A DNA stretch of 64,000 bases, from contig RHPI01000249.1 in assembly GCA_009103225.1 (NCBI GenBank), positions 117,165-181,164 on the forward strand, given 5' to 3'. The notes beneath the pieces were generated by a model, which was not told the DNA's origin, did no database searches, and was given only the letters and a program-made list of their open reading frames with translations. Each line of letters starts with the position of its first letter. Position 1 is the stretch's first letter. A program made the translations under genes and the position numbers. This document shows, one piece after another, positions 58,752-64,000 of this stretch. This stretch comes from Chlorokybus atmophyticus (lineage: Eukaryota > Plantae > Mesostigma and Chlorokybus algae).

Positions 58752-60049
58752 TCAACCGCGCACAACCATCGGGTCAGCGACGGCCTTGGCCTTGTCCGCA
58801 CCATACAGCCTCTCCACAACGGCGAGTGCATACTCGAGTGCTGTGCCTGGCCCGCGTGATGTGAGTACGGGTCCATCGGCAATGACGCGGGCGGCGGCAG
58901 CAGTGGCGTCCGCGAGACGACCCACAAAGGCCGGGTGGCATGTGGCCTTGCGGCCATGCAAGAGACCCTGCGGCTCGAGCACCACTGCCGGGGAGGCGCA
59001 AATTGCCCCATACACGCGCTCGGCATCCACCTGCTTCCGCAACAGGGAAGCTAAGTCTTGGGACTCGGATAGATGCGTGGCACCCGGCATCCCTCCCTGA
59101 CACGCATGACACAACAAGTTCAGAATGTTCGCATGAAGTATCTGTGCTGGGTATCCCACCATGCACACATCACGCATGCACGCGCACACACATGCACACG
59201 CGTGATGTGTGCATTGTGGGTTACACAGCAATGTAGCATGTGACAGCATTGTCGTGCTTGCAGACGACACGCACAGTCCTCGTTAAGCAAGATGCACACC
59301 ACATGAAGCGTAATGCACGGATCCTTGCATACATTGCACAATATGCCACACAAACAGCGGACATAGTCACAGTTAGGAACACACCGTACCGGCAATATAA
59401 TGGCGTCAAACACGACTTCTGTACAGTCGTGTACCCTGCAATCTGCAGCAATCTTGACACCACGTGAGGCCTTGATGTTGACAGAGTCCTACGCAACACC
59501 AACCATCACGTTAAGTTCAAGTATTACTGTTGATAGACCAGTTGCACATGGACAAACTCACATGCACGGATGCAACAGTCACGCGCGCGCCTGCCCTTCT
59601 CAACACGTCGATAATAATCACAGCCTCCATCTCTTCCGTGCCATCTGAGGCAGACACACAGTGTCAATGCTTGATTCTGATCCACAAACCTCACAACACA
59701 CAGTAAGACACATACCTGCTATAGGCACAAGCACGCGGCGCTCCTCGGGTGAGCCGGGAGCGAGGGCGTCCCCACCGTTGAGCACAACCTTCTTCTTTTC
59801 TTGCGGGTCCCCACTCGGCATCACCATAGGACCTACGTAACGGGTGAGTTGAGTTGCAAGGCGCTTAATCAAGTGAGCACATGTCCATGTCGTTGAATGG
59901 TCACACCCACGAGCTTACGCATACATGCACAAGCATGCACACACGTGCTACCGCGCACGCACGCGCAATACCACTGCCACTCAATCGGTGAGTGCGCGCA
60001 CGCAGGCACTTGCACATATATGCACACACACAACAGCAGCAGCAACAGC

Positions 60050-60101
<52 letters not shown>

Positions 60102-61547
60102 CACTATACCTGCAACTTCATCCGCCTTGTCTCTTCCAAACAGCCGCTCCACGAGCATGAGCGCAAAGTCGATGGCGGTCCCCGGGCCCCTTGAGGTTGT
60201 GAGTGAGCCGTCCACCACAACGCATTCTTCCGAGGTGGAGCACTCGAGGAGGCCCGCAAACGCAGGATGACACGTTGCTATGTGACCTGAACAAAGTGGA
60301 GTGATGTGTTCATGATGCTGTTGCAGCTGAAGAAGCTGTTGTGGTGATGTGTGTGATACACGCACCGGTTAGTAGGCCTTTGGGTTGCAGAGCCACAGCT
60401 GGCGAGGCGCATATGGCTGCGTAAAGGCGATCAGACTGAGCTTGAGAGCGAAGCATTGCGTCGAGCACTTGACAGTCACGCAGCCGCTCTGCTCCCAACG
60501 CACCGCCCTACACGCATAACACATCTGCACGTAAACTCGCGCGCATATGGGCAGTCATGTGCGTACACGCAGAAACGCACAAGCACACCCACACGCATCC
60601 ACACGCACTGAACGCACGCGCCCGTACGCGCTCTCACACACACAAGTGTGCACACAAGGACAGTCAAATCCATGCATGCAAGTGCAATGTTTACCGGCAG
60701 CGCGATTAGATCGTAAGTCTGGTTCGCGAGGTCCTTGATGCAGACGTCCGCGATGAGCTTAACCTCACGCGATGCACAAATCTGTTGAAGGTTAACTCTT
60801 ATGAGTTTAGAACATTTGCAGAGACTACTCAACTTCATATGCATGCTTGCCTGCAGTTCGGGTTCGACACTTGCAACAGTGACGTCCGCTCCGGCCCGTC
60901 TCAGCACGTCAATTATGCACACGGCTTCGATCTCCTCGGTCCCGCGCGCGATTGGAACCAACACTGTCTTGGTCTGAACTGACCCTGGCTGCAAAAAGTA
61001 TTTCGTGTTACAGGTAACATGCAAGCATGCACCCACGCATGCATGCATGTGTCATATACACACGCATTCAGTTTCTGTGCGCGCGGGCACAAACGCGCGG
61101 GCACAACCACTCGGACATGTGCACGCACGTGCATGCATGCGCGCACACACACATACACATATGGCATGTACGTTAGGACTAGGATTTGAGATGGGTCTTG
61201 TGTTTAACGTCGAGAAAGAGAGAATTCAAGCAATGTGTGCTTGACTGTACCTGTCCGGCGGTGTCCTTCTGCTGCTGCGGGGTGGACATGTCGGCAGTGT
61301 TGGCGCTGGCAGCTGCACCTGAGGCGGCGGCGCTGGCGGTGGTGCCAGCGCGGAGGGGATCTATGCTTGCTGCTCGCCTGTGGCCTGGCAAACCGACGGC
61401 AAGGCGGCAAGACGCTGCTGGCACGGACTGCAGGCTCCTGTTTGTTGCAGGGATGGCTTTGCTGCACGGTGAGGGCTTGTTCACAGCACCAACAAGGCCA
61501 ACCCTCGCTGCAGACGCCACCACCACTGCCGCCCCCGCCGCCGCCAT
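58752..61547 (-). CDS. DJ1B: Double-domain DJ-1/PfpI protein with a predicted plastid transit peptide (DJ-1B-like)
   Basis: Two repeats of [29 protein letters not shown] ... AICASPAV ... ATCHPAF ... TSRGPGTA, both retaining the nucleophile-elbow Cys. The first exon is rich in Ala, Ser and Arg. Confidence 0.9.
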
Positions 61548-62218
61548 GGACGCAGACTACGCCGTGGCGACGGCATCGTAACTAGTTACGGCATCACCTG
61601 CAGCCGGCCGTAACGCGATACCAGCATCTTCAGATGCCGTATTTGTAATGATACCAACTTCTCGAACCCGATCATAAATTATGATCCCGATTGCATTGCA
61701 TGTCACGTGACAGTGGCTGTGCACATGCTTGATATCGCCGCCACGACAAGCGCAATATCGCCGCGGTGGAATGCAGATAGTGCGCTGATATCAGCGCCAG
61801 CTGGTCGAAGTGTTTGTTCACTGACTTGGCACGGCCTGTCTATGTCGCTTTTGGTACCGCAAAGCCACCCTAACACCCACCCACCCACTCGCATACCCAC
61901 ACCCTACTTAATGTTGATGTGTATGTAGAGAAATTGAGATGACTGTTGATGCTGGGTTGGCTGTAGAATGCCAAGCAGCTGTGTGTGCAGGAATTGTGGT
62001 AGAAGGTCTGTGAGTGGGGCGTGTACATCAGGGATGCGGATGATCTGGTGTTGGGTGTAAGCAACTCTGTTTGTGTAGGGTGTATTTGACGATAGTTGGG
62101 GTGTCATACAATCAACTGTGTGTCTCGATGTATACGGGGTTGTTTGATAATGCTGGGGTTGTGTGAGAGTTGGTAGAAGGAGGAGAGGTTGCGGAAGGAG
62201 AGTTGGGGTCCATGTTTC

Positions 62219-63748
62219 ATGAAGGGGATCCGTCTGAGGCAGTTGGTTGCGAGCGCTCTGCTGCTGCTGGGATGGCTGCTCGCCGCTCAGCTTGGAGGCG
62301 TCCATGCCATAGGTGCGGTGGTTCATCATAACATTTGTTGTTACAGAGTGCTGCGTGAAGACCATCACATTCGCTCTTGTGTTAGTACCCAAACTACGTG
62401 AAACAATGACCTGCTGCGCGCAAGATGCAGATGTAAGGTCACTTGCTGCAGCTTAGCGTTGACATTGCGTTGAGAAAATTGGTGGTGGTGGTGGGGGGGG
62501 GGTGTGTGTTGGTTTCAGGTTTGGCAAAAGTCAATGGCGATTGATCTCATTGGAACAGTTGATATATTATTATGCGTGATATCCATGTTGATCGCATATC
62601 TTGCGTCATTTCCAAACCAATCAGAACAGTGATCTGCTGCGCACAGGATGCAGTTGTAAGGTCACTTGCTGCAGCGTTATACGAAAGTACTTGGGGTTGA
62701 GTTTCCGTTACGTTGTGATTTGCCGTATTGTGCAAGATTCTCCTTGTTCATAGCATCGGTCATCATCACTCTTGTAATCATGTTAACGAGCAGTATCGTT
62801 TGATTGCTTGAACACATTGCGTATGTATTTAGTTGTAGCCGAATTAACACATGCACGCACGCGAATACACGCACCTGCACACTAATGCGCATGGATACAC
62901 GTGCATAGACACCCACCCTCGAACAAATGCGAACTCACAAGCATACGCGTGCGTGCACGTGCACACACACACGCATCAGGAGAACTGTCAGATCCATATC
63001 TGCACCCTTGGCCATATGTTTATTAATGTTTATTAATGTGACTACAATTAAGCTATTCACTAACCCACCACTACGTGTAGTGTTGACATGTTCGAGCAAC
63101 GGGACCTCCTGCGCCGCGCGTTTCCCTCACGTGGTCCCCGGCACCCACTACACGCTCACCGCAGTGATGGACTTGGGTGTGGGGATGGCTCCCGAAGACG
63201 GGGAAGACGGGTGGGCAGCCATCCTCACCGACAACAACAACAACATCCGCGGGGAGAAGGAGTGCTTCTGGAAAGGAGAACCCAACATCATTATCGACGG
63301 CGTGCAACAACAACAGCAACCACATTGCAATGCGGCGCTCACGTGCTTCGCGGAGTTCCGCTTCGTCGCGCGCGATGACAGCGTGTATGTGCGCGTGGGC
63401 GGCGTGCCCATGTACGAGGTGCGGGGTGGGGACATAGAGTGTGTGTGGCGGCTGCGGGTGGCTTTCAGCTTGACTGAGAGGAAGCAAAGCCAAGAGGAAG
63501 ACAAGTATGCTTCCATATACTTTGGGTTGGATGTGGACAGCGACAGCGAGCGGCTTGAGCACGTTGTCGCCGATGTTGGGTTTTATGGCGTATCGGTGGA
63601 AGAGATGTATACTAATGAGGCCGTCGATGAGGGTGATGTAGTTGTGTCGCCGTGTTATGATGATGCGGCAAGCGATGCTTGCTACGAGTGGTGCGAGCGG
63701 CTGAAGTTCCGGTCGTGGGACTGCCAACAGTGGGGTGAGTGTGAGTGA
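62219..63748 (+). CDS. Putative secreted protein of unknown function (exons about 62219-62312, 62347-62397, 63081-63748)
   Basis: Signal-peptide-like start MKGIRLRQLVASALLLLGWLLAAQLGGVHA, phase-compatible GT-AG junctions, and a GC-rich, open last exon with an acidic, Cys/Trp-rich C-terminus. No recognised domain. Confidence 0.55.
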
Positions 63749-64000
63749 TCGGGAGTGTGAGTGATTGAGTGAGTTTGCGCGTGAGTATGCGTGTGCGTGT
63801 ACATGTACGCATGCGTGCTGTTGCACATATGTATCTAGGTGTGCGTGTGTGGGTATGTGTGACAAGTTTGTTTCCACAGTCTTCAACACGAACAATTACG
63901 AGTCAATCTACCACTCGCCACCGCCTCCTCCTCCTCCACCGCCTCCTCCTCCTCCTCCACCCCCACCCCCTCCCTCTCCACCACCCCCGCCCCCACCATC

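Noticed and set aside
62410-62680. ~35-bp direct repeat (GATGCAG.TGTAAGGTCACTTGCTGCAGC) at about 62425 and 62648
   Set aside because: Two copies inside a predicted intron with no other structure, most likely a small local duplication.

Overview
Eukaryotic nuclear DNA from the green lineage. Land-plant-like GLB3, LPA3, RUS3 and a plastid-targeted DJ-1 occur together with the flagellar gene CFAP44, which suggests a flagellate-producing streptophyte alga (inference). The window is gene-dense, with short GT-AG introns rich in CA/TG repeats, and has two N-gaps (15075-15204, 19757-19986). Host genes: group II truncated haemoglobin GLB3, a tandem-MBD protein, THOC5, an NHL-repeat+BTB protein, a VIT1/CCC1 transporter, PRP28/DDX23, RUS3, LPA3, CFAP44, a double-domain DJ-1 and an unknown secreted protein. 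About 2.5-12.1 kb is a nested transposon cluster. It holds a degenerate Ty3/Gypsy element with a C5 DNA-methyltransferase domain before RT and a PHD finger after integrase, whose integrase is split into two oppositely oriented halves, plus a Helitron helicase fragment and two copies of an unclassified TIR element. At 21.6-25.8 kb is an apparently young, full-length Penelope-like element with an N-terminal GIY-YIG endonuclease (Chlamys/Naiad type) between ~512-bp pseudo-LTRs. All exon structures were read by eye and were not checked against transcripts.
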